Shown here piece after piece: positions 56,226 through 64,000 of a stretch of 64,000 nucleotides of DNA (position 1 is the first letter of the stretch; each line of letters starts with the position of its first letter). Under the pieces are notes generated by a model. It saw nothing but the letters and a program-made list of their open reading frames with translations, had not been told where the DNA came from and made no database searches. Source of the stretch: Candidatus Saccharimonadota bacterium (lineage in GTDB: Bacteria; Patescibacteriota; Saccharimonadia; Saccharimonadales; UBA10212); the NCBI GenBank assembly GCA_022841445.1, contig JALHRM010000001.1, positions 77,002 through 141,001 of the forward strand. Reading direction: 5' to 3'. A program made the translations under genes and the position numbers.

Positions 56226-56252
56226 TTAGCACTCTAAAGTCAAGAGTGCCAA
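56226..56252. promoter_or_regulatory. CIRCE operator (HrcA binding site) overlapping the operon promoter
   Basis: TTAGCACTC-taaagtcaa-GAGTGCCAA. The minus-strand promoter TTGACT (56243-56238), 18-nt spacer, TACAAT (56219-56214) overlaps it. Confidence 0.85.
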
Positions 56253-56272
56253 ACACAAAAAAACACTACTGG

Positions 56273-56968
56273 TTAATAGGTACGCAGGTACTCTATGAGT
56301 TCGTTGGCAAGATTATAATTTTTTTCTTGATTGTAAGCATATTTAGTGACACCTTGCATGATCAGTCTGGCGGTTTCATCAAGTTCGTGATTGACCATCA
56401 AAATGAGATTTTTATTGGTAAGAGCTTCTTCAAGTTCATCACGAGCTGAACGAAGTCGCCTGGCTTTTTCCCCATCACTCATAAAGTCACGCCCACCTAA
56501 TCTGTCCATCCAGACATCAAAGCTCGGCGGAAGAATAAATATCGACTCCAAGCTTGAAATCGCATGACTCAGTTTATTTATACCTGTAATATTCAAATCG
56601 ATTAAGGGGCGTTTACCTGATTCGATAACTTTCCGGTACGCCGCAAAGCTAGTGCCATATACAAATCCGCCATGTATCGGCTGAGTTTCAATCATAGACT
56701 GTTCTTCCAGCAAACGAAGCATTTCGCGCTCGCTAACAAACCAATGATCGACACCATTCACTTCTTTGGTGCGCATCGGTCTGGTGGTGTGTGTAACGAT
56801 ATGGGCATAGTTAGCATGCTGGACAATATAATTTTGGATGACATTTTTACCGGATGCCGTCACGCCGCAAATAATGAGCGGTGGATGTTGCTTGAGTAAA
56901 TCAACAGCCTCCGGCGGTGTTACATAATTGCGTGAAGTTTGAATAAGATTTTCTTTAATATCCTGCAT
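56273..56968 (-). CDS. Guanylate kinase-family protein
   Basis: P-loop GVTASGKN, HTTRPMRTKEVNGVDHWFVS, YGTS, IFILPPS blocks parallel E. coli Gmk. Confidence 0.75.
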   Translation of the reverse strand: MQDIKENLIQTSRNYVTPPEAVDLLKQHPPLIICGVTASGKNVIQNYIVQHANYAHIVTHTTRPMRTKEVNGVDHWFVSEREMLRLLEEQSMIETQPIHGGFVYGTSFAAYRKVIESGKRPLIDLNITGINKLSHAISSLESIFILPPSFDVWMDRLGGRDFMSDGEKARRLRSARDELEEALTNKNLILMVNHELDETARLIMQGVTKYAYNQEKNYNLANELIEYLRTY

Positions 56969-56976
56969 CTTAAAAT

Positions 56977-57759
56977 TTACGACCTACCCAAATAGGCTTT
57001 TGTGGCGATATACAGCTGCTCAGCCAGCGCCCGCCCGTGCCGCTGACGTTCGATGTCTTTGTCACCTGTATGCACAATTTGGTTAATATCTTCGGCCGCT
57101 TGAGGCAGTGTGTCATTAATAACGAAGTGGTAGTAATCATGTTTGAGTGCCATATCAAATTCTTTTAAAGCACTGGCAAGGCGTCGACGCAGTTCTACTT
57201 CGCTCATAACTTCTCTCCCGCGTATGCGCCGCTGCCATTCTTCAAAATTGGGTGGTAAAACAAATATGCAAAGCGTATCCGGCTTGAATTCCATGACATT
57301 ATGCGCGCCAACGATTTCAATTTCCGAAATCGCCACCTTGCTTTCTTCAAGAGCCCTTTTGAATTCACGGATACTCTGGCCGGAAACTTGCTGGTTATGA
57401 ATAATGGCGGCTTCTAAAAATGCTCCATTTTTTAGGTCCTGCAAAACTGCTTCTTCCTTGCGGAAAAAATAATTTACGCCATCTTCTTCCATTTTGCCAT
57501 CACGGTATTTTGGTGGCCTCGTCGTATCGGAAACAATGTAGTGATAATTACCAGTTTTGGTAAGTTCATTAATGATTGTGTTGCGACCACCGGCAGTTGG
57601 CGCAACCAAAATTGCATAGGTAAGTTGGCGTAGGATACGAAGGCTTTCATCGGAAGGTCGATAATTTTCTAGCACCTTCTTGAACTCGTTCATGTACTTA
57701 AGATCAAAGTGTTCAGAGTTTTTGGGCATGGCATAAGTTATATCAGACCGACGAACCAT
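56977..57759 (-). CDS. Guanylate kinase-like protein with degenerate P-loop
   Basis: SDTTRPPKYRDGKMEEDGVNYFF and IFVLPPN are conserved. The P-loop reads APTAGGRNT (no Lys-Ser/Thr) and YGTS is replaced by SGQS. Confidence 0.65.
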   Translation of the reverse strand: MVRRSDITYAMPKNSEHFDLKYMNEFKKVLENYRPSDESLRILRQLTYAILVAPTAGGRNTIINELTKTGNYHYIVSDTTRPPKYRDGKMEEDGVNYFFRKEEAVLQDLKNGAFLEAAIIHNQQVSGQSIREFKRALEESKVAISEIEIVGAHNVMEFKPDTLCIFVLPPNFEEWQRRIRGREVMSEVELRRRLASALKEFDMALKHDYYHFVINDTLPQAAEDINQIVHTGDKDIERQRHGRALAEQLYIATKAYLGRS

Positions 57760-57871
57760 AGGCTAGTCAGTCAAATTAGAATAAATTGAAGGGTGCGGTT
57801 CAAGCTGCTGTGGATAAACACTTGCATTAGGACTGCGGCAAGGATTAGATATAGATAGTATTTAAAAAGGG

Positions 57872-58300
57872 GTGAGCGTGGAAACAGTTGACGTACAGTG
57901 GATGGCACTGCTTGTAGCAGTAATCATAAATATGGTTGTGGGCGCTATATGGTACTCACCGGTTATGTTTGGAAAAGCCTGGCAAAAGTTCATTGGCAAA
58001 ACAGACAAGCAGCTTAGCGAAACAGCTAAGGGGGCTTATATTTACGCAGTAGTTATGGCTCTTGTGCAAAGTTTTGTGCTAAAACATTTTGTTACATATG
58101 CAACTGTTTTCTACCCAAGTTACAGCAATCTTGAAATTGGCCTGTTCACTGGAGCCTGGATTTGGATTGGGTTCGTTGCAACATCGGTCGGACTGTCTTA
58201 CATATTCGCAGCACGCCGTAAGAAGCTGCTACTTATTGACGCAGGATATCATTTAGTAGTGCTTATGATTAATGGTGCGCTACTGGCAACTTGGATTTGA
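57872..58300 (+). CDS. DUF1761 family membrane protein
   Basis: GAIWYSPVMFGKAWQK signature and 4 TM helices. Confidence 0.7.
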   Translation: MSVETVDVQWMALLVAVIINMVVGAIWYSPVMFGKAWQKFIGKTDKQLSETAKGAYIYAVVMALVQSFVLKHFVTYATVFYPSYSNLEIGLFTGAWIWIGFVATSVGLSYIFAARRKKLLLIDAGYHLVVLMINGALLATWI

Positions 58301-58302
58301 GT

Positions 58303-61197
58303 TTACTGCAACTTACTGATTCGGAAGTAGTCTATCCAAAGATTTCTGTCTCTTGTTCCCGAACAACTTTCGCGGGGTAGTAAGTTACCGCACTTGTCAT
58401 TTGTAAATACAATTTTTACACTATGTTGGCCTGCTGACAGTTGTCTGTCGATGTAGTAAGGGGTGAATGTTGTTTGATTGATAGGGTAGCCAGCTCTTAT
58501 TCTGATGCCATCAAGATAAACATCTACTTTGGCGCTTCCTCTGTAGTTTTCACCTTTCAATACAGCCATGAGTCGATAACTACCAGATTCTGTGATGTTG
58601 AACTTGTGAAGTATTGAGTCGCCGCTGTGAGTTAGTGCGACAAAGCGCTTGCCCGTAGCCCCGGACTTAGACCACGACCAACGAGCGCGTTCACAGCTGT
58701 CCTTCGTAAGACCTTTTACGAAGCAACTGAAGGCGTCCTCGGCTTCTGTCAGTGTCCCGGTAGACGGAACCGGTGTAGGATCTGTTGGCGTGGATGGTGC
58801 GGGATCAGGCGTAGGATTGGGAGCAGGAGTCGGTGTCGTTGTTGACCCAGTGGGTTTGAGTCGTATGATGCGATCATCAGCAGCTATGGGTGAACCTCGC
58901 CCATCGCGGTTACTGGTAGCAATGTAAAGTGCCCCATCGGGACCTTGTGTTACATCACGCAGTCGACCATACTGGTTCTTGTATAGGGTGTCGAGACCGG
59001 TCGGAGTTTTGCCGTCGGCGCTCAGTTTTAAGCGGTACAACGCGCGAGCTGAACCCTCAAACCCAAGTCCCGTAAAGATCAGGCTGTTTGTCCATGGACT
59101 CGTAAGTTTTGTGCCCGAGTAAAAGGCTGCTCCGCCAGGTGCCCATTTAGTATCACTGCCGCTACTCCAAACCGGGTATATTGGATTGTCTACAGTAATT
59201 GACCCGTAAGATGGATTTGTCAGCCTGTTGAAGTACTTTGGCCAGCCATAGTTGCCCCCAGAAACAATTTTGTTAACTTCGTCGTTGCAACAGAATTTAG
59301 CGCCATTGCTCAGGGTTGAGCTGCTGCTCGGACCATGTTCAGTACTCCACATTTCTCCGGTAGTCGGATGCCATGCCAAACTTTGTGGATTGCGATGGCC
59401 CCAGCTATACACACGATTACCGAACGGATTGCCGGCTGCCGCGCTGCCATCATCGTTTACGCGGAGAATCTTGCCACCAAGACTGTTTTTGTCCTGGGCG
59501 ATTGTGTCGGGTATGGCTGCGCCGGTTGCAACGTAGAGCTTACCATCTGGTCCGAATTTTATCCGACCTCCGTTATGGAATTTGTAGCCTGGAATGGCAT
59601 CTATCATAGTGGTCGGTCCACTTGCTACCGTTGCTGTCTGTTGATTAATCGTATAGCGAACCAGCCTGTTTTTAAGTCCACTTGCCGAGTTATATGTGTA
59701 GTAGACATAGAGCCAGCCATTGCTTGCGAAGTTAGGATGCAAGGCAAGACCCTGGAGTCCTTCTTCATCTCCTGTATCAGTCGGAACGGTGGCGATTGGG
59801 GCAGGTCGAAGTTGGCCATTTTCGTAGACACGAATCGTTCCTTTTCGCTCTGTAAAGTACAGCTTGCCGTCAGGTGCGAATTGCATCGACCATGGGGTAT
59901 TCACACCAGAAATAATCACTTCTGGAGTTACTTGGTTAGAGGGCTGAGTGGGGGTAGTTGGGGTTGTTGGATTTGTTGGCTGAGTGGGGGTGGTAGGCAG
60001 GGGGGTCTGAGGTGTAGGTGCCGGCAGCGGGCTAGACGCGCTCCTCGGTCCCATCGCCGCGCAGGGACTACCTGCTTTTAGGCGGAAGTCTTTCGCGCCA
60101 CGGTTAACATAGCCTGGATCTGCAACAATGTTATTTCTTTCGACAAAACCACCGTTACTCAGATTGATATTTCTTGAACCCATTAGACAGTTATTTTCGG
60201 CCACATTACCCGTACCACGGGCAGCACCTGCCTCCCAATATGATTCGATGTTCGCACCACCGGCAGTATTATTGGTAATTATGTTGTAACGGACTACATT
60301 ATTGTTTGAATTCAGATTACCTTTACCTGAGAAGGTTACACCACGATAGTTTCCATCTACAACGTTATATTCAAACCGGCTGTTTTGTGCACTTGGATAA
60401 AACTGTATACCGAAGTCGGGCCCATCATAAATATAGTTGTTAGTTACAACTGCGTTACGTACATATTCGAGGTATATGCCCTGATCATGCACCTTTGCTC
60501 CACACTTAAAAATCCTGTTGCCATCAATTGTAATACCTTGGACTTCGGTTCCGATGTCGGTTTCTCCGATAGCAAAACATATTCCCCGGTTGCTACTGGT
60601 ATTTGTAACTGAATTACCCTGGAAAACAGCGCCGTTCCCAAGTACATGAGGGCTGACAATTATTCCGCGACCATCGAGAAACAATCCGATAATTCTAACG
60701 TTGTTTGCACCACGGTTAATCTTGAGTTGCCCATTAATCCTTGCCGTTTGACCGGGTGCTGATGCCAAAGTAACGCCTGATTTGCTTATGCTTACCGATT
60801 GGTTAAACGTACCGGTCAAACATAGTGTTTGCCCAGCCGATAAACTATTGAGTGACGTGCTAATTGAACCGTTTGATATCGTACTGTTGCAACTTACTGT
60901 TAGAGAGGGTGTTACGCCTGCTTGTGCACTTACTTTTTCTGAATTATTTGCCAAATTACCTGAACTTATAGCATTAATGCTAAAAATGGCGCTGGCCAGT
61001 ACCAACGCGAACATAGCAGCAGTGTAAGACAAAAGTATTTTCTTGCTGAACAAGAGCTTATTTTTTGTTGATTTTTTCCTGCTTGAACTTGTAGAACTTC
61101 GAGTGCGAACGGGTTTTTTTACTTTTGTTGATTTTGCGGTCGAGTTTGACTTGGCGCGAGCTACACTGTGTTTTTTGGTTACTTTTATTTTTGGCAT
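58303..61197 (-). CDS. Membrane-anchored multidomain surface protein: right-handed beta-helix + PQQ-dependent sugar dehydrogenase-like beta-propeller + C-terminal CBM-like module
   Basis: Lys-rich N-tail plus TM. PbH1-like repeats (VVTNNYIYDG, FEYNVVDGN, VRYNIITNN). GSDH-like blocks (FAPDGKLYFTERKG, LALHPNF, HNGGRIKFGPDGKLYV, WGHRNPQ, GGNYGWP). Pro/Thr linkers. C-terminal module with KGENYRG...YLDG...FTNDKCGN...DRNL. Confidence 0.8.
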   Translation of the reverse strand: MPKIKVTKKHSVARAKSNSTAKSTKVKKPVRTRSSTSSSRKKSTKNKLLFSKKILLSYTAAMFALVLASAIFSINAISSGNLANNSEKVSAQAGVTPSLTVSCNSTISNGSISTSLNSLSAGQTLCLTGTFNQSVSISKSGVTLASAPGQTARINGQLKINRGANNVRIIGLFLDGRGIIVSPHVLGNGAVFQGNSVTNTSSNRGICFAIGETDIGTEVQGITIDGNRIFKCGAKVHDQGIYLEYVRNAVVTNNYIYDGPDFGIQFYPSAQNSRFEYNVVDGNYRGVTFSGKGNLNSNNNVVRYNIITNNTAGGANIESYWEAGAARGTGNVAENNCLMGSRNINLSNGGFVERNNIVADPGYVNRGAKDFRLKAGSPCAAMGPRSASSPLPAPTPQTPLPTTPTQPTNPTTPTTPTQPSNQVTPEVIISGVNTPWSMQFAPDGKLYFTERKGTIRVYENGQLRPAPIATVPTDTGDEEGLQGLALHPNFASNGWLYVYYTYNSASGLKNRLVRYTINQQTATVASGPTTMIDAIPGYKFHNGGRIKFGPDGKLYVATGAAIPDTIAQDKNSLGGKILRVNDDGSAAAGNPFGNRVYSWGHRNPQSLAWHPTTGEMWSTEHGPSSSSTLSNGAKFCCNDEVNKIVSGGNYGWPKYFNRLTNPSYGSITVDNPIYPVWSSGSDTKWAPGGAAFYSGTKLTSPWTNSLIFTGLGFEGSARALYRLKLSADGKTPTGLDTLYKNQYGRLRDVTQGPDGALYIATSNRDGRGSPIAADDRIIRLKPTGSTTTPTPAPNPTPDPAPSTPTDPTPVPSTGTLTEAEDAFSCFVKGLTKDSCERARWSWSKSGATGKRFVALTHSGDSILHKFNITESGSYRLMAVLKGENYRGSAKVDVYLDGIRIRAGYPINQTTFTPYYIDRQLSAGQHSVKIVFTNDKCGNLLPRESCSGTRDRNLWIDYFRISKLQ

Positions 61198-61260
61198 TAT
61201 TTTAGTTTTAGGTTGCTAATATTATTTATGATTGTAGCACTTCTATGAACATGCACAATA

Positions 61261-62982
61261 CTAATAGGCGCTTCGGGCGGGTACACGCCAGTATTCCGAT
61301 TTCCATAACCCAGAAGTTTTTCGGAATATGTCTCCCCAGTATGGATGCTTACTAACATTACCCCATTCAGGAGTTACATCACCATAGTTATTCAGGCCAT
61401 TGTTGCCAGTGCCGTCGCGTATGATAATTCCATAGTCCGCTGCAGCGTAGTAGTACATTTTTGCCACTTTATCCAAGCCGACACTGGCAAGTCCGGATGC
61501 TGCTATAACTCTGTCAATTTCGCTTTTTGGACCGACATACTGGAAACGAGCCCCCATGGGTACAAGCGTACCAAACGCTTTACCTTCCGAACGTGTGGCT
61601 GGCGCCATAAATTTTGTAGGGCTCAGCAAGTTATTGCCGAGAGCAGCGCCAATGGCATGATCGACTACACCATCAGTATAGTCACCTTGGTACAGGAACA
61701 CTCCGAGTGCAGAAAATAGTCCCCAAGCCGTGCCAGCTCCACTAATTGGTCTGCCATCTCCAGAGGAATCAGCAACACCAAAGGTTGACCCAGACATAGT
61801 GCGTGCCGAACGGTTGATTTTAAGGGCAACGCTATCACCGCCCCACATTCTCACCACCCGAGGTGGGCCGTTGTTGGGAGTTACTTCATTGTAGATCTCG
61901 ATCGTATCGTCGGCCCCTCCAGACCCGACAATGCTTTCAGGTGCGTACATCTTGAAAGCGTTAGGCCCGAATGACCATACAGGGTCGGTTGTTTTTCCTT
62001 GCCAGCGCCTCGGCCCATTCACCCGATCAAAATTCTTGCCAGTTCCTACGATTGCGGCAACCATGGCGCCCGAGTTAGCATGGTTTGGCTCACCGGCAGG
62101 AACTTTTTGGTAAACAGCAGACCTAGGGAAAGGTCGCAGGAATATTGATCCAGTCGGGCTTGGTGTTGGGTCTAGAGGGGGAGGAGCAGGGTTGAGGTCA
62201 GGATTTGGATTTGTACCAGGGTCAGGCGCAGGGCCTGAACCCGGATTAGGCATCGGCGTCCCAATGGATGACGTGATAAAAAATTGATCCACCGCTAAAT
62301 TGCGGTCAGTTTTGCCAAAGGCAATACATTTCTGTCTTGGCAACCAAGAATTACCACATTTGTCATTGATGAAAAATACTTTTAACTTATGCTCACCCGC
62401 CGTAAGATTTCTTGTTAGATAATAGAGCTGTGCTGCTTTTGATGAAATATTGACCCCAGATTTTATTCTTGTGTTGTCAAGATATATGTCGACCTTGGCA
62501 TCACCACGATAACTAATACTTTTCATTGAATATCCAAGCCTATACGTTCCTGCGCTGTTTGCATTGAAACTAGCACTCACGTAGTCCCTAGTCCTCGTTA
62601 ATACAACCGCCTTACCCTTATCCGCCCCACTCACGGTTCTTACACCTTTTTCACAGGCATTATCTACTTTGTAATAATTTATATAACAATACCCAGATTC
62701 AGCATCTACGACTAGCGGGGTACTGCTGGTCGTAGACGGCGATGCCGCATTCACTGGAGGTTGACTACTAGGATCACTTAATTTGTTTATGAGAATCAGC
62801 CCGACACTAAATGCTGTAAGAGCGACTAGAATTAAAAACAGTGGTTTCAGGGTAAGTTTACGAGTAAGGAAACTACGATTTTGCGACTTAGATAACCGCG
62901 CCTTTAAAATAGCTTGCTTGGTTGGTTTTTTAGTTTTTGATATGGGTATAGATTTTACAGTTTTTTTATTTGATACCGCCAT
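61261..62982 (-). CDS. Membrane-anchored surface protein: CBM-like module + Pro-rich linker + unknown 320-aa domain
   Basis: Lys-rich N-tail plus TM. The module at about 62272-62712 shares YRGDAKVDIYLDN, FINDKCGN, DRNLAVDQF with its neighbours. Confidence 0.6.
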   Translation of the reverse strand: MAVSNKKTVKSIPISKTKKPTKQAILKARLSKSQNRSFLTRKLTLKPLFLILVALTAFSVGLILINKLSDPSSQPPVNAASPSTTSSTPLVVDAESGYCYINYYKVDNACEKGVRTVSGADKGKAVVLTRTRDYVSASFNANSAGTYRLGYSMKSISYRGDAKVDIYLDNTRIKSGVNISSKAAQLYYLTRNLTAGEHKLKVFFINDKCGNSWLPRQKCIAFGKTDRNLAVDQFFITSSIGTPMPNPGSGPAPDPGTNPNPDLNPAPPPLDPTPSPTGSIFLRPFPRSAVYQKVPAGEPNHANSGAMVAAIVGTGKNFDRVNGPRRWQGKTTDPVWSFGPNAFKMYAPESIVGSGGADDTIEIYNEVTPNNGPPRVVRMWGGDSVALKINRSARTMSGSTFGVADSSGDGRPISGAGTAWGLFSALGVFLYQGDYTDGVVDHAIGAALGNNLLSPTKFMAPATRSEGKAFGTLVPMGARFQYVGPKSEIDRVIAASGLASVGLDKVAKMYYYAAADYGIIIRDGTGNNGLNNYGDVTPEWGNVSKHPYWGDIFRKTSGLWKSEYWRVPARSAY

Positions 62983-63078
62983 GGTGCTACGCTAACAAAA
63001 AGCTTATGCATTTACAAGTTACAGGCAGACCTTGTGTTCACATTCTGGGACGAATATTGCAAGGACTACCGAATGCAC

Positions 63079-64000
63079 CTACTCAACCTTAATAACCCTG
63101 AATTGATCCATCAATACATTGCGGTCGTACTGAGGACTACACTTTTCACTTGGGAAACGATTCCCGCATTTGTCATTCACAAATACTATTTTCACTGTGT
63201 GTGTCCCTGCCGTGAACGTACGGTTTGTATTATGGTAAACATATGCTTTGGTGGAATTAACAGCAAAGTCTTTTGCTATTCTTACCCCATCCAAATAAGC
63301 ATCAATCCTTGCAACGCCACGATAGTTCTCACCTTTCATCGTAAATCCAACCTTATACTTTCCATTGTCGGTCTGGAACTGATGACTTATAGAATTATTG
63401 TTGGCAAATAGTATAACTGCTTTACCTAGAGAGGCTACTGTATCATTTTTCAACATCGTTGAGCAGCTAACTATTCTTTGGTTGAAACACTGACCGGCTA
63501 TTTCTGATTCAGCATCGATAGTTGCACCGGGTGAAGGGACAGGTGTTGGAGTTGGTATCGGGCTTGGGGTTGGGGTCGGTGTAGGGCTTGGGGTTGGTGG
63601 AGGGGCGGGGGTGGGGACATTACCTCCACTAGAAACTTGTGGCGGCAATGAAGGGCGCGAGTCCCAGACCCTAACCCCACTGTAGTCAACGGTGCTCTTA
63701 CCGGTCAGACTAGCAACGCGATAATTAGCCGCTTTCCAATAACCACTACCTGTTTCAGATGTTATCTCTCCGTCCTTCGAGGCAACTAATTGCCCATTTT
63801 TATATACTCGTATCCAGCCACCGCTATTTCGATAGTTAACTCCCACTTCCCAGTACTCCCATTTATTAAGAGTTACTGGTCCAATATCGTAGTATCTAGC
63901 AGCGTTGTAACCGGCATTGGAGTTCATCCGATAACGCACTTGGCCACCCTGTTTCCAGAGCTCGGGCTGAATAATTGCTTGGTCACGCTGACGTCCATGT
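63079..64000 (-). CDS. Surface protein, 5' end outside window: jelly-roll (ConA/polysaccharide-lyase-like) domain + Pro/Thr linker + CBM-like module
   Basis: The frame stays open upstream of the GTG at 63939 to the window end. The WEVGVNY...YKNGQLV...YWKAANY pattern suggests a lectin/lyase-type beta-sandwich (weak). The C-terminal module is homologous to those at 58306-58758 and 62272-62712. Confidence 0.6.
   Translation of the reverse strand, partial: HGRQRDQAIIQPELWKQGGQVRYRMNSNAGYNAARYYDIGPVTLNKWEYWEVGVNYRNSGGWIRVYKNGQLVASKDGEITSETGSGYWKAANYRVASLTGKSTVDYSGVRVWDSRPSLPPQVSSGGNVPTPAPPPTPSPTPTPTPSPIPTPTPVPSPGATIDAESEIAGQCFNQRIVSCSTMLKNDTVASLGKAVILFANNNSISHQFQTDNGKYKVGFTMKGENYRGVARIDAYLDGVRIAKDFAVNSTKAYVYHNTNRTFTAGTHTVKIVFVNDKCGNRFPSEKCSPQYDRNVLMDQFRVIKVE

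Noticed and set aside
59335-60081. Long antisense ORFs inside large genes (also 43441..44004, 44017..44511, 23205..23681, 36991..37437, 54045..54470, 53697..54044)
   Set aside because: These are shadow ORFs opposite well-supported genes (surface protein, membrane and DUF192 genes, nhaA, secreted protein, dnaK). They have low-complexity or biased composition and no start signals.
63530-63620. Apparent short tandem DNA repeats (also about 37190-37260, 58745-58860, 59930-60050, 62150-62260)
   Set aside because: These are in-frame Pro/Thr or Pro/Lys/Glu linker segments of surface proteins. They are not CRISPR or satellite repeats.
1-64000. Alternative genetic code (UGA recoding as in some CPR lineages); CRISPR arrays, integrases, transposases, rRNA
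   Set aside because: Conserved genes (dnaK, ftsH, ruvB, purD, prs) read end to end without in-frame TGA. TGA serves as a stop in coupled junctions (3481-3483, 7389-7391). No spacer-repeat arrays or recombinase, transposase or rRNA signatures were seen.

Overview
The window is a gene-dense chromosomal segment (about 75 CDS, 4 tRNA genes, no rRNA, no CRISPR, no transposase or integrase) from a small-genome bacterium. The gene content suggests a CPR/Patescibacteria organism of the Saccharibacteria type, but that is inference only. That content comprises a type IV pilus operon without secretin, a short ComEC, many lineage-specific secreted proteins and compact overlapping operons. Standard code 11 fits the conserved genes. 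Contents: (1) pilB(partial)-pilC-pilA, three minor pilins, pilMNO at 1-8312; (2) a minus-strand block with ruvB, DUF296, ftsH, tilS and a Fur-family-controlled cluster of uncharacterised genes plus a two-component permease; (3) purD, an RRM protein, three CAU-anticodon tRNAs, tspO, nhaA; (4) prs, pyrF, pyrE, dus, ruvA, ruvC, yebC; (5) comEC, tRNA-Lys, an S8 protease, CcdA plus thioredoxin; (6) a RimK / retropepsin / ATP-grasp / GGCT-like neighbourhood; (7) an hrcA-grpE-dnaK...dnaJ heat-shock locus with CIRCE operators; (8) three adjacent surface proteins sharing a carbohydrate-binding-like module. The strongest non-routine signal is a tRNA(CAU), probably tRNA-Ile2, split by a 612-nt group I intron that carries an antisense HNH endonuclease ORF. 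Other leads are a palindromic Fur-family operator pair controlling unknown proteins, an A9 slippery run linking two ORFs, a disrupted duplicate of the tRNA-fMet 3' end, a duplicated 70-bp promoter-RBS cassette, and a 15-bp inverted-repeat element. All calls come from reading the sequence and recalling family motifs; no searches were run.
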